A DNA stretch of 64,000 nucleotides from the human T2T-CHM13v2.0 reference genome, Homo sapiens. Made by a program: the position numbers and the translations under genes. The stretch lies in NCBI RefSeq assembly GCF_009914755.1, contig NC_060946.1; one strand, 5' to 3'. The first letter of the stretch is position 1. Each line of letters starts with the position of its first letter. Of this stretch, positions 18,861-32,039 are shown piece after piece. Under the pieces are notes generated by a model. That model had not been told where the DNA came from. It did no database searches and saw only the letters and a list, made by a program, of their open reading frames with translations.

Positions 18861-21800
18861 GACACATCTCTAAACTGATCAACAAAGTGATGTAACTCTT
18901 TTCTAGGCTCTGCCTACAGGGGCTTTGTGACATATCTCTGCACTGATCACACAGCTGATGGGACTTTTGTCTAGGCTCTGCCTATGGGGGCATTGTGACA
19001 TATCTCTACACTGATCACCCAGGTGATGTAACTCTTCTGTTAGATCTGCCTGTGTGGGCATTGTGACATATTTCTGCGCTGGTCACCCAGGTGACGGGAC
19101 TCTTGTCTAGGCTCTGTGTATGGGGGCTTTGTGACATATCTCTGCACTGATCACCCAGGTGATGTAACTATTGCTTCCACTCTGTTTGCAGGTGCATTGT
19201 GAAACGTCTCTGCACTGATCACCCAGGTGAAGGGACTCTTCTCTAGGCTCTGCCTACTTGAGGCATTGGCTCATATTTCTGCACTGATCACCCAGGTGAC
19301 GGACTCTTCTCTTGGATTTGCCTATGGGGGCATTGGGACATATCTCTGTACTGATCACCCGGGTGATGTAACTCTGGTCTAAGCTGTGCCTAAAGGAGCA
19401 TTGTGACACATCTCTGCACTGATCACTCAGGTGATGTAAGTATTGTCTAAGCTCTGCTTAAAGGGGCCTTGTCACATATCTCTGCACTGATTACCCAGGT
19501 GATGTAACTATTGTCTAGGCTCTGCTTACAGGGGGTATTGTGACATATCTCTGCACTGATCACCTAAGTGATGTAAAACTTGTGTAGGCTCTGCCTACCA
19601 GGACATTTTGACATATCTCTGCACTGTTAACCGAGGTGATGTAAATCTTGTCTAGGCTGTGCCCACAGGGTGATTGAGACATATCTCTGCACTGATCCCG
19701 AGGTGATCCAACTCTTGCCTGGTCTCTGCCTACTGGGGACATTGTGACATATCTCTGCACTGATCTTCCAGGTGCTGTAACTTTAATCTATGCTCTGGCT
19801 ACACGGTATTGTGACATATAACTGCACTGATCACCCAGATGTTATAATTTTTGTCTAGGCTCTGCCTACAGGGGGCTTGTGACATATCTCTGCTCTGATC
19901 ACCCAGGTGATATAACTCTTCTCTATGATCTGCCTACAGGGTGCTTTGTGACATATCCCTGCAATGATCACCCAGGTGATATACCACTTGTCAAGGCTCT
20001 GCCTACAGGGGCATTGTGACAGAACTCTGCACTGATCACCCAGGTGATGGGACTCATGTCTAGGCTCTGCCAACAGTGGCATTGTGACATATCTCTGCAC
20101 TGATCACCCAGGTGATGTAAATCTATTCTAGGATCTGCCTACAGGGTGCTTTGTGACATATTGCTGCAATGATAACCCAGGTGATGTAGCACTTCTCAAG
20201 GCTCTGCCTACAGGGACATTGCGATGTATCCCTGCACTGATCACCTAGGTCATGTAACTCTTGTCTAGGCTCTGCCTACAGTGGCATTGTAACATATATC
20301 TGCACTGATCATCCAAGTGACGTAACTCTTTTCTAGGATCTGCCAAAAGGGATTTTGTGACATTACTCTGCGCTGATGATCCAGGTGAAGGGGCTTTTGT
20401 CTATACTCTGCATAGAGAGAGATTTGTGACATATGTCTGCACTGATCACCCAGGTGATGGAAGTCTTGTTTAGGCTCTGTCTATGGGGGCATTGTGTCAA
20501 ATATCTGCACTGATCACCCAGGTGATGTAACTCTTTTCTAGGCTCTGTCTACAGGGAATTTTGTGACATACCACAGCACTGATCACCTAGGTGATGTAAG
20601 CCGTGTATGGGCTTTGCCTACAGAAGGCTTTGTGACATATCTATGCAGTGATCTCTGAGGTGATGCACCTCTTGTCTAGGCACTGCCTACGGGGGACATT
20701 GGTGCCTATCTCTGCACTGATCACCCAGGTGATGGACTCTTGTCTTAGATCTGCCTACATGGACATTGTGACACATCTCTGAACTGATCAACCAAGTGAT
20801 GAAACTCTTGTCTAGGCTCTGCCTACAGGGGCTTTGTGACACATCTCTGCACTGATCACCCTGGGGAGAGAACTCTTGTCTATGCTCTGCTACAGGAGGC
20901 TTTATGAATTATACCTTCACTGATAACCTTGGTGATGTAACACTTTTCTAGGCTCTGCCTACACGGGAATTGTCACATATCTCTGCACGGATCACACAGG
21001 TGACGGACTCTATTCTTTCATCTGCCTATGGGGGCATTGTGACATATCTCTGCACTGATCACCCAGGTGATGTAACTGTTTTATAAGCTCTGCCTACAGG
21101 GGAATTGTGAGAGATCTCGCCACTGATCACACAAGTGATGTAACTATTTTGTAGCCTTTGCCTACATGGGGCTTTGTGACATACCTCTGCACTGATCACC
21201 AAGGTGATGTATCTCATCTAAGTTCTGCCTACAGGAGCTTTGTGACATATCTCTTCACTGATCACTTGGGTGATGTAACAATTTTATAAGCACTGGCTAC
21301 AGGGAATTTTGACAAATCTCTGCACTGATCACCTAGGTGTTGTAACTCTTGTTTATCCTCTGCCGAAAGGGGGCATTGTGAAACATCTCTGCACTGATCA
21401 ACTAGGTGATGTAACTAGTGTCTATGCTCTGCCTACAGAGGCATTTTCACATATCCCTGTACTGATGACAAAGGTGATGTAACTCTTGCCTAGGCTTTGC
21501 CTACAGGGGACATTGTGACATATCTCTGCAAGGTGATGCAACTCTTCTCTATGCTCTGCCTACAGGGGACATTGTGACATATCTCTGTACTGATCACCCA
21601 GATGATGCAACTCTTCTCTATGCCCTGCCTACAGGGAACATTGTGACATATCTCTGCACTGATCACCCAGGTGATGTAACTCTTTTCTCGTCTCTTCCTG
21701 CAGAGGGCGTTGTGACATCACTCTGCACGGATCACCCAGGTTATGTAACTCTTATCTATGCTCTACCTATGTGGGCATTGTGACTTATCTCTGCACTGAT

Positions 21801-22932
21801 CACCCAGGAGATGTGACTCTTGTCTAAACTCTGCCTAGAGGGACACTGGGACATATCTCTGCACTGATCGCTGAGGTGATGTAAAACTTCTCTAGGCTTG
21901 TAACTCTTGTCTAGGCTCTGCTTACACGGGATATTGTGAGATATCTCTGCACTGATAACCCAGGTGATGTAACTCTTCTCTAGGCTCTGCCTACAGGGGC
22001 ATTTTTACATATCACTGCACTGATCACCGAGATGATGTAACTCTTGTATAGGCTTCGCCGACAGGGGGCATTGAGATATATGTCTGCACTGATCGCCGAG
22101 GTGAATCAACTCTTGTCTGGGATCTGCTTACAGGGGGCACTGTGACATTTCTCTGCCCTGATTACCCAGGTTATGTAACTCTTTTCTAGTCTCAGCCTAC
22201 TAGGGATATTGTGACATATCTCCAAACTGATCACCCAGATAAAGTCACTTTTGTCAAGGCTATGGCTACAGGGACATTGTGACGTGTCACTGCACTGATC
22301 ACACAGCTGATGTAACTCTTGTGTAGGCTCTAGCTACAGGGGGCTTGTGACACATCTCTGTACTGATCACCCAGGTGATGTAACCATTGTCTATGTTCTG
22401 CCAAAATGGGGCATTTTGATATAACTCTGCACTGATCACCCAGGTGATGGGATTCTTGTCTAGGCTCTGCCTACAGGAGCATTGTGACATATTTCTGCAG
22501 TGATCTTGCAGGTGATGTAACTCTTGTCTATATCAGCCTACTGGCGACCTTGTGGCATATTTCTGCACTGATCACCCAGGTGATGGACTCTTGTCTTGGA
22601 TCTGCCTATGGGGGCATAGTGACATATCTCTGCACTGATCACTCATGTGATGTAACGCTTGTCTAATCTGCGCCTAATGGGGAATTGTGACAGATATCTC
22701 CAGTGATCACCCAGGTGATGTAACAGTTTTCTGGGATTTGTCTACAGGGGGCTTTTTGACATATCTTTGCACTGATCACCCAGGAAATGTAACTCTTGTC
22801 TAGGCTCGGCCTAAAGGGGCTTTGTGACATATTCCTGCACTGATCACCCAGGTGATGTAACTCTTGCCTAGGCTCCACTTTCAGGGGTTGTTTTGAAGTA
22901 TCTCTGCACTGATCACCCAGGTGATGTAACAT
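18860..22932. repeat. Beta-satellite array
   Basis: ~68-bp tandem monomers ending abruptly at ~22932. Confidence 0.97.
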
Positions 22933-23242
22933 GATAATTATACATGTTTACGGAGTAAAATGTGATGTTTCACTGCATCACACTGTACCATGTAGTATGA
23001 CGCCGTGAAACATCACACTGTGCCCCATAAATATTACTGGTTCAGCAGGGAATTGTGGGACACAGAGCAGCTCCAGGTTAGCCATGACCAGCAGCTTCAC
23101 CTGTGTTGGGTAGCGAGAGGGGAAGGGCCCTGTGCTTGGCTGAGAGTTGACCCCTGACCCCATCCACTTTGACTGCTAGGTGCCAGCAGAGGTCAGGGAC
23201 CCCTAACCTCAGGCAGAGGCAGGAAGCAAGGTCATTGCCTCT

Positions 23243-23321
23243 TTTTTATTTTTATTTTTAGGAGAATCTCACTCTATCGCCCAGGCTGGAGTGCAGTGGT
23301 GTGATCTCATCTCACTGCAAC
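23243..23321 (-). mobile_element. Alu 3' fragment
   Basis: Poly-T followed by tctcactctatcgcccaggctggagtgcagtggtgtgatctc...cactgcaac. Confidence 0.85.
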
Positions 23322-23324
23322 GTA

Positions 23325-25900
23325 CATAGAGGTGTACGTCAGAATCACACCTGCAGGAAGCTCTCTGGGTGAGATTAACAATCCCACATAGAGGTGTACA
23401 TCAGAATCACACCTGCAGGAAGGTCCCTGGGTGAGATTAACAATCCCACGTAAGTGTCAGTTCTGGGTATGAGAGTCAAGGCCTCCTGTATGTTGGGTCT
23501 ATGTACATAAGTCACAATCTCAATGGTGGAATGGATTTTTCCATGAGAGGCTTAATGCCTTTCAAAAATTGAGTTATCTTAGTGGAGTCACAGCCTCACA
23601 AGTGTTTTGGATCTTGTTCAGGGAGTCACAAACCCACTTGTGGACAACATCCACTTATGAGAGCCAACTTTCCAACTTTTGACTGCCTCTGGGTGTGAGA
23701 TTCAGAACCTCAATTATGGGCTGTGTCCATGTGGGAGAATGACAATTTTTACTGATGGCTGGGCTCAGGAAGGAGCCTTTCATCCTGCAGGTGTTGAGAT
23801 AAATGATATGTCACAATACCCAAAATATGCCGGTGCAGGCAAAAGAGGAGAGTCATATTAGCTGGTTGCTAGGTCCAGTTATATTTCACCACCTCTGTTT
23901 TTGGCAGGGCTAAGGCAGAAGAGGAGAGTCAGAGCTAAAGAAATGTCACAATGTCCCTGTGGGTAGGGCCTACGCATAAGAATTACATCATCTAGTCATT
24001 GAACCCAGCCATATATTACAATACACAATGTATGCAGGGCCCAGGCAAGAAAGGAGAGCATATCACATAGGTACTGTGTCCAGCAATGTGTCACAATACC
24101 CCCTGAGGGGAGGCTCCAGGCAACAGGGTAACATTACCTAAGTGAAGTGCGCAGAGAGCTGTTTCAATGCCCCTGGTGAGTAGGATTTTGAAAAAGGAGA
24201 AGTTACATAACCTAGGGGACAGGCCTAGCTGTGTGTCACATTCATCTCCAAGACGGAGCCCAGACATGAGAGAAAAGTCACATCATGTAGGTACTGGGCA
24301 AAGTAATATGTCATAATCCTTACTGTGAGCAGGCCCTAGGAAGAACTAGAGAGTCACATAGTCTAGATGATGGGCCCAGAGGTATTTGACAATGACTCCT
24401 GTAGGTAGGGACCACGCAGAAGAATCACTTCACCTGTGTGCTGTGCCCAGTTATAAGTCACACTTCCCTTTGTGGGCATGACCAAGGCAGGGAGAAGAGT
24501 CAGATCATTCCGGTGCTTGGCCCAAAGATATGTCACAATCTCTCTTATAGGTAATGCTCAGGTAAGAGAGGAGAGTCACATCAAATAGGTAGTGGACACA
24601 GAGGTATGTCACAAGGCCTTCTGTGAACTTGATCCAGGCAGAAGATTCACATCAACTTGGTGCTAAGCCCAACAACATGTCACAATCCCTTCTGTGTAAA
24701 GGGACCAGACAGGAAAAGAGAATCACATTACCTGGCCAGTGAGCACAGAGATCTGTCACAATGTCCCTTGCAGTCAGGGCCCAGGCAGAGGAGTTACATC
24801 ACCTGGGTAGTGGACCCAGCAATATACCACAGTGTCCCATATGGGCACAAGCTGGAGAGTCACATAACCTGGGTTCCAGGCCAAGCTATATAGAACAACC
24901 CTTCCTGTGGGCAGCACCAAGGTGGAAGAGGAGACTCACATCACCTGGGTGCAAGGTCTAGCAATATGTCAAAATGCTCACTGTGGGCAGTGCCAAGGAA
25001 GGAGAATACAGTTACACCCTCAAGGTGCTGGATCCAGCAATATGTTAATATCCCATCTGTGGGCTGGGTCCATGCAAGAGCGTCAAGTCACTCAGGTGCT
25101 AGGCACTGGGAAATTTCATCATGAAACCTGCAGAATGGTCCGGGAATAAGATTAACAATCCCACAACTGTCACAGTTGTAGGCATGACATTCAACACCTC
25201 TTGTATGTTGGGTCTAAGCCCACAAGTAACCATCTCAACACCAGACTGGATGTGTGCATGAGAGCCTCAATTCCTCTGCAGACTCTGTCACCTTAGTGAA
25301 GTCACAGCCTCACAGTTGTGCTGAATCTTGGTCTGAGAGTCACCAACCCATGAGTATCCATATATAAGTCAATTTTTCCCGCCTTTGACTGACTATAGGT
25401 GTGAGATTCAGAACCTCAACAGTGACCTGTGTTCCTGTGAGAGGATGAGAATATTTACTGTTGGCTGGGTGTGCATATGAGTGCCACAGTCTCACCTGTG
25501 TGCTCGACCCAGTTAGTACTCTCTGTGTACTACCCAATGGCGCTATACAGTATGAATGACAGTTGCAATCAACCTTGAGACCTTCCGGCTGGTAGGGACC
25601 CATGATCGTAGCTGTGGCATTAAGCCCGGGGATGAGAGTCAATGTCATTACAATTAACTAGGTCAGGATAGGGGAGTCCTCCCTTGCCTATAAGCTGGGT
25701 TTATAAATGAGCCACCATTTCATCTTTGGTTGAATATTTATATGTGAACACGTGCCTAGCACCAAGAAGATGTGGGTCTTTGGCCTAGCAGGAGGCAACG
25801 TGACATATCTCTCTGCCTAACAACTAATATGACTCTCCTCTATCCCCTTAACTTTGTGCATAGGATAAATTGTGATGTATCTCTGGGTCCAGCACCTATT
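23325..25900. repeat. Old, highly diverged beta-satellite-related repeat, mostly in the opposite orientation to the main array
   Basis: Recurring ~70-bp units like gagagtcacatcacctgggtg...cccag..atatgtcacaat.ccc..tg.gggcag, which are reverse-complement relatives of the BSR monomer. Confidence 0.7.
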
Positions 25901-26332
25901 TGATGTGACTTCTTTTCTGCATGGACTATGCCCACAGGAAGGAGGCTGATTTATTGCTGTGTTGAGAGCTGATGTAATACCTCCATCCTTATCTTCTTAG
26001 ATTATAATAGTTTAAACAAGAGACACACAGAAAAGAAGTACAGCATAATTTATTGGAAAAGAAAAAAAAATTGAAAGTTAGGTGCAGAATACAGTACACC
26101 GTGAGAGAGATATTCCAGGGCGGGCTGCTCATAAGAGTGAGACAGCGTGGATTGTCGCTGGAGAAACCCCCTTATGGGAGTTTTATATTATTATTAATAA
26201 GGAGGGGGGAAGAGGAGCTGCTAATAAGCCTGTTCTCAGTGGTCTTCTGGGTGCACATGTGAAGTAGCTGTATATGCTTACTCATATTTTGCATGTCTCA
26301 TTAGCATCTTAGACATCTAGCCAGGAGTGCAT

Positions 26333-26632
26333 TTTTGTTTGTTTGCTTGAGACAGAGTCTCTCTCTGTTGCCCAGGCTGGAGTGTGGTGGTGCAATCTCT
26401 GCTCACTGCAACCTGTCCCTCCCAAGTTCAAGCCATTCTCATGCCTCAGCCTCCTGAGTAGCTGGGATTACAGGCATGCACCACCATACCTGGCTAATTT
26501 TTGTATTTTTAGTTGAGATGGGATTTCACTATGTTGGCCAGTCTAGTCTTGAGCTTCTGGTTTCAAGTGATCCATTCTTCTCAGCCTCCCAAAGTGCTGG
26601 GAGTACAGGTGTGAGCCACCGTACCCAGCTGG
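26333..26632 (-). mobile_element. AluS element nested in the ERV LTR
   Basis: Full dimeric Alu in reverse complement: gagacagagtct...cccaaagtgctggg...gtgagccaccgtacccagc. Confidence 0.93.
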
Positions 26633-26811
26633 GGAGTGTATTTTTTGCTATTAAAATAAGCAAAAGTTAAGTTTGAGGACAGGTAAAATCAAAATGCACA
26701 TGCTCTCTAGAACAGAAAGTCCTTAATGAAGATAGCTTTGTTTGAATGAGCCCAATTACAATGTGAATGCTAAGGCTCGTTGTCTTGGCTGTACAGTTAC
26801 CACAGTTTCAA

Positions 26812-27775
26812 TGAAGGGGTGGCCTGCCCCTCCACACCTGTGGGTGTTTCTCATCAGGTGGAATGAGAGACTGAGAAAAGAAAGAGACACAGAGACAAAG
26901 TATAGAGAAAGAAAAGTGAGCCCAGGGGACTGGCGCTCAGCATACAGAGGACCCACGCTGGCACTGGTCTGAGTTCCCTCAGTATTTATTGATCACTATT
27001 TCTACCATCTTGGAGAGGGGGATGCGGCAGGACAATAGGGTAATAGTTGGGAGAGGGTCAGCAGGAAAACATGTGAACAAATATCTCTGTGTCATAAACA
27101 AAGTTAGAAAAGTTGCTGTGCCTTGATGTGCATGTATACAAACATCTCGGTGCATTAAAAACAGTATTGCCATCAGCATGTCTCAACTCCAGCCCTAAGG
27201 CAGTTTTCTCCTATCTTAGTAAATAGAACATACAATCAGGTTTTACAGTGAGATATTCCATTGCCCAAGGATGAGCAGGAGACAGATGCCTTCCTCTTAT
27301 CTCAGCTGCAAATAGGCCTTCCTCTTTTACTAATCCTCCTCAGCACAGACCCTTTATGGGTGTCGGGCTGGGGGATGGTCAAGTCTCGACCTTCCCAGGA
27401 GGCCATATTTCAGACTGTCACATGGGGAGAAACCTTGGACAATACCTGGCTTTCCTAGGCACAGGTCCCTGCGGCCTTCCACAGTGTATTGTGTCCCTGG
27501 GTACTTGAGATTAGAGAGTGGTGATGAATTTTAACAAGCATACGGCCTTCAAGCACTTTTTTAACAAAGCACATTCTGCATAGCCCTAAATCCATTAAAC
27601 CTTGGGTTGACACAGCACAAGTCTCTGTGAGCATGGGGTTGGGGCTAGGGTTACAGATTAACAGCATCTCAAGGCAGAAGAATTTTTCTTAGTACAGAGC
27701 AAAATGGAGCCTCTTATGTCTACTTCTTTCTACATAGACACAGTAACAGTCTGATCTCTCTTTCTTTTCCCCACA
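26812..27775 (-). mobile_element. HERV-K (HML-2) solo LTR, LTR5A/B-like
   Basis: The minus strand begins TGTGGGGAAAAGAAAGAGAGATCAGACTGTTACTGTG and ends GGGGCAGGCCACCCCTTCA; length is ~964 bp. Confidence 0.92.
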
Positions 27776-28288
27776 TTTCTGTATCCCGAGATCATGGTCA
27801 TTTTCTTGACTATCTATTCTGATCTATTCTGCCTCAGCTTCCCCCTAAGAGATCTTAGGGTCATAATCATATTGGAGGTTGAGGGGCTAGGTCACTTTTT
27901 CTGGAGCTATTTCCTGCTGAGTGGGTGTTATTTCTGCCTAGTCTGGGCCCTAAAGTTTCTTCCTGTGTGATCTAACTGGCTGTAAACCATGTAATTCGTG
28001 GAACCAGTGGGGAAGATGTTGGCAGCCAAATGTTGAAAGCCTTGCAAAACCATCATGCAAACATGGAGTTGCCGTAAGCAAGAGAGCAAGAAATCAGTTA
28101 ACATTTTAAACAAAATTGGAACAAAAGTAAAACCTGAAATTATAGTAATGGCTGTTACTATTAAAGAGAGTAAGGCAGGTAATAGACATTGCTTTCATGG
28201 TCCCATGGAAGTTCCTAGAGATTCAATTTTGTCTGCCTGGGTGATGATATTATTAATATTTTCTTGGAGTAAACCGGGCTGATTGATC

Positions 28289-28480
28289 TCAAAAACAGCA
28301 TTCTTCTTTTAGATATAAACATGTTCCTCTTTGCCTGGCTGGGAGAAGATCCCAGGCTCTTTGCTTTTGTCGGACTACAGTGGCCATGGAGTCCAGACGT
28401 TGTTGAAGTCTGTTGAGGCCCTCTGCTGCTTGTTGTGGACCCATTGAGGTTTTCTGAGATAGTTTATACTGGATTCCCAA
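28289..28480 (-). pseudogene. ERV env transmembrane-subunit remnant
   Basis: LQQRLDSMATVVRQKQRAWDLL...GTCLYLKEECCF is a degenerate immunosuppressive domain plus the CX6CC motif. Confidence 0.85.
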
Positions 28481-31400
28481 GGCTCCACATTATGGTGACA
28501 TTTATGCTGCAAAAGTATTTTGCATTAAAATGGTGAAAGCAACAAACGTTTTAAGTATTTTCTATTTTTTGCTAATAAGCAAAATTTTGTGCAGCTAAGT
28601 TGGCAGCAGTCATTCGGTCCATTTATGGATGGTACAGTTGAATGGTGGCCAAAGTTAGAGCCTGGAAGGCTTCAGTTAATGCGCTGAAGTTGTCTGAGGG
28701 CCATCAAAGTTGTTGCTTATATTGGATTAGATCATTTATTGAGAGTAGAACAAGCACTCTGATGATCCTCTCTCCATTTGGGACTTTCTTTAAGGGGAGC
28801 AATTTCTCTGGCCCTGGATGGTGTGAAGTCCCACTGTGAGTAACTGCAGCTGAGCTGGTCTCTATTGTACCTGGCAAAGGCTGATAGAAAGGAGCATAAG
28901 GAGGAGGTGAAACAAGCTTAGATTCTACAGAAGACTCTGATAGTGTGGGGATGCTGGGGATTCTAAAGGAGGTGTGGACCCCTGAGTGCCCCTGTCTGGA
29001 GCTGGTGTTGGGCTGTGGGGTCTGGGGTCCCTTCCCCTTAATAAGAGATGATCTTCCAATTGTTCTGAGGGGCTTTCTGGCTTACTAGGCTTTAGCCCAC
29101 AGGTGCTGCATAGAGCTGGATTTTGTTGTCAGGCCAGAACGGCTTGCACATAGGATACTTCAGACCATTTTCCCTGATTACTGCAGAAAAGATCTAGCTG
29201 TAGGATGGAGTTAAAGTTCACAGTCTCATTCTCCAGCCATGTTTTGTCAGCGAATCTGTAGACAGGTCAAATAGTGTTACAAAAGAAGATAAGGTTTTCT
29301 TTTTTCTAAGGTCATTTAGCCAAAAGCTGTTCTAATTTTTAGATATACATCCCAGGGGTGTTTTAGTGACAGTAGAGGAAGCGGCTCCCATGGTGCCAAG
29401 AGAATCCTGCAACGACACAACATTTACTGAAGTCCAGGAAGCTGTGGGCGTCCTCATGAGCCAAGTGAAAACACCAAGGGGTTCAGCGCATCCCCTCGAA
29501 ACCCCATTAACTGAAGCTCTAGGAGGTCATAGGCATTTGCCATACACCGTCCTAGCTCCCCCCAGCGGTGGACATCTCCAGCCCTACAGAGATGACCCCC
29601 ACTGCGGGCTGGGGGGCAGATGTCTGACTGACAAGCCTTGCCCTAATTCACTGGTTTGTCATTCGTGATGCCCAATTACAACACCTGGAATGCTCAGATG
29701 CAATCCCTACGACTGGGCATCTACATGACTGTGCATCTTTTGTTTAGCAAAGAAAGCCGGTTGAAGAACAATTTCAAGGAGCTGGGAAATGCATAAAGCC
29801 TGAAGGGACAGCGTTCTCTTAATGTGCTGCTCAAAACAAAACAAAAATTTTGTAAACAGAAAACCTGACCAGAAAATAAATTACAATGGCCACTAGGTGG
29901 CGATCGAGTATTGCTGAAAGGAGAGCAAACGATAAGATGAGTCTAAACTGTGGCCAGAAAGATGTGAAACTAAGCGGCAAATAGCCCAAATATGAAATGT
30001 TGAGGGCAACCCATGTGGTTAGCGTATTTATCGATACTACAGAAGCCACAGCGAGAAGGAGAGAGGACATATATTCTCTCTCTAAAGAATGCAGGTGACT
30101 TTAAAACGTTTCCCCCAGAACTTTACTGAAACAGCGCTGGAACAAGCAGCGATAGTTAACCAGGTAGTCTGAAACTGCCATAGTATTCACTGCAAGTAAA
30201 GGGAAACTGAAATTAATGAAGCAGACAAACGTCTTCCCAGGTCATGGCACCAGAAATGTTGATGGCTGATGTAATACCTTGGTTCTTATCTTCTTAGTTT
30301 TAAAGAATTTAAACAAGAGACACACAGCAAAAGAAGTACAGCATAATTTATTGCAAGAAAAAAAGAATATTTTGAAAATTAAGTGCAGAATAGACGGTAC
30401 AGTCTGAGAAAGAGATTCCAGGGCAGCCTGCTCATAAAAGTGAGACAGCATTAATTATTGCTGGAGAAACCCTCTTTATGGGAGTTTTGCATGATTATTT
30501 CATAAGAAGGTGGAAAGAAGTGTTATAGTAAGCATGTTCTGACTGGTCTTCTGGGTACACATGTGCAGTAGCTGTACATATTTGTGCATACATTGCATGC
30601 CTCACTAGCATCTTAAATCTCCACCCAGTAATGTGTTTTTTACTATTAAAATGAACAAAGGGTCAGCTTGAGGACAGATAAAATCAAAATGCACATGCTC
30701 TGTAGAAGTAAAGGTCCCTACTGAAGATAGCAGGTTTCAAATGACCCCAAGTGCTCCACATCTTAAAAGTTCCTCCGGTAAAGCTGGAACACTATCTGTT
30801 CCTGAGGTATCAGGTCCCATTTGTGGCTCTGAGCCACTGGCAAGCTAGGCCTGACTTGAGATGAGACCAATTATTTCAAGTGTAAAATGCCTAAATAGTC
30901 AGTAGCTTCAGGTTGCATTTTGGAGCTCGTCCACTTAAGTGGGTTGATGAAAATGGCTCACAAGACTCACGCCTCAGAAATGGGGTTTTTTCCTTTGCTC
31001 TTAGCAGATTTTATGCAACCCAATAATTAACCTTTCTGATGCCTAGACTTTCACATTCATGAAAAAGGCGCCATTGAGAGTGACCTTTCCAGGAAGCCAC
31101 AGCCTTTGTCACCCCTGCAGAGCTCTGAAGCTGCTCACAAGCAGGCCAGGTGGAAGATTTCTCTCAAAAACGGTTGAGTGTGTGCTCTGGCTAGAGAAAA
31201 AAGAGGGCTGCGGCACAACGGACAGTGTCTTGGACATCAGGAAAGTTCTCACGCAGTTTAGGAAAGAAGGCAGCACCCTGGGCTGCAGAAGACGTACTGC
31301 TCTGGAAAGAACCCTGGGTGCAACTGAAAGAGGAACCTGAGAAGGATAGGGCCAAGTGGGTGAGGACAACCCGCCCGATTTGGGAAAAGGTAAGGTATCT

Positions 31401-31559
31401 TTGTAGGGTAATAGCCTCCTCAATGCTCAGCCCAGACCTGCCCTCCAGGTGCACCTCTGTAGTCACTCTCCTTGCAAAGAGTCGGCATAGCATCATAACT
31501 CAGCAGTGCTTTGGACACTGGGAAGTCCACACCGCTCTGCCCCTCCCTCCAGGGCTATG

Positions 31560-32035
31560 GACCCCGGATCCCGGTACATGCTGGGATTATAGCTCTGAAG
31601 CTTACCGACAAACAGGCTGAGAGTAGTTAACGGACTACAGCTCCCAGCATATTAGGTGGGGCGGGTACCACTCTGCCCCTTCTTCCAGGGCTGTGCCTTG
31701 CCCTGGAGCCTGGTGCATGCTGGGATTGTAGTCCTGTAGCCCTTTGACCAAAGGGTTGGGAGTGTTTATGAGAATGCATCTTCCAACAATCCTAGGGAGG
31801 CGCGCACAGCCCTGCCTCTTCCTCCAGTGACGCGCACTTTCCCGGAGCCCAGTGCATGCTAGAATTGTAGTGCTGCAGCCCTGTGACCAAAGGGCTGGGA
31901 GTGTTTATGAGACTGCATCTCCCAGCAAGACCAGCGAGACGCGTGGAGCCTCGTCCCTTCCTCCAGTGATTAGTGCACTCTCCCTGAGCCTGGTGCATGC
32001 TGGGATTGCAGTGCTGCAGCCCTGTGACCAAAGAG
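31560..32035. promoter_or_regulatory. ~139-bp tandem repeat carrying ZNF143/SBS-type (ACTACAA-TCCCAGCA) motifs
   Basis: catgctgggattgtagt-type motifs at 31577, 31716, 31855 and 31996, and opposite-strand gactacagctcccagca at 31633 and 31911. Confidence 0.6.
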
Positions 32036-32039
32036 CTTT

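Larger units (their letters stand above)
25972..30740 (-). mobile_element. Degenerate ERV1-class provirus (MER61/MER83-like LTRs, family uncertain) with gag and env remnants
   Basis: Two homologous LTRs (tgtaatacct...tttaaacaagagacacacag.aaaagaagtacagcataatttattg at ~25972 and ~30270). PBS-like TGGTGCCATGACCTGGGA at ~30236-30253 and a polypurine tract at ~27838-27850. Env TM remnant and gag MA remnant (ILQLDLFCSNQGKWSEVSYVQA, ~29140-29210). Confidence 0.8.

Noticed and set aside
31059-31620. ORFs of 93-131 aa next to the ZNF143-motif repeat
   Set aside because: There is no recognisable homology and the ORFs overlap in several frames; at most this is a non-coding exon.
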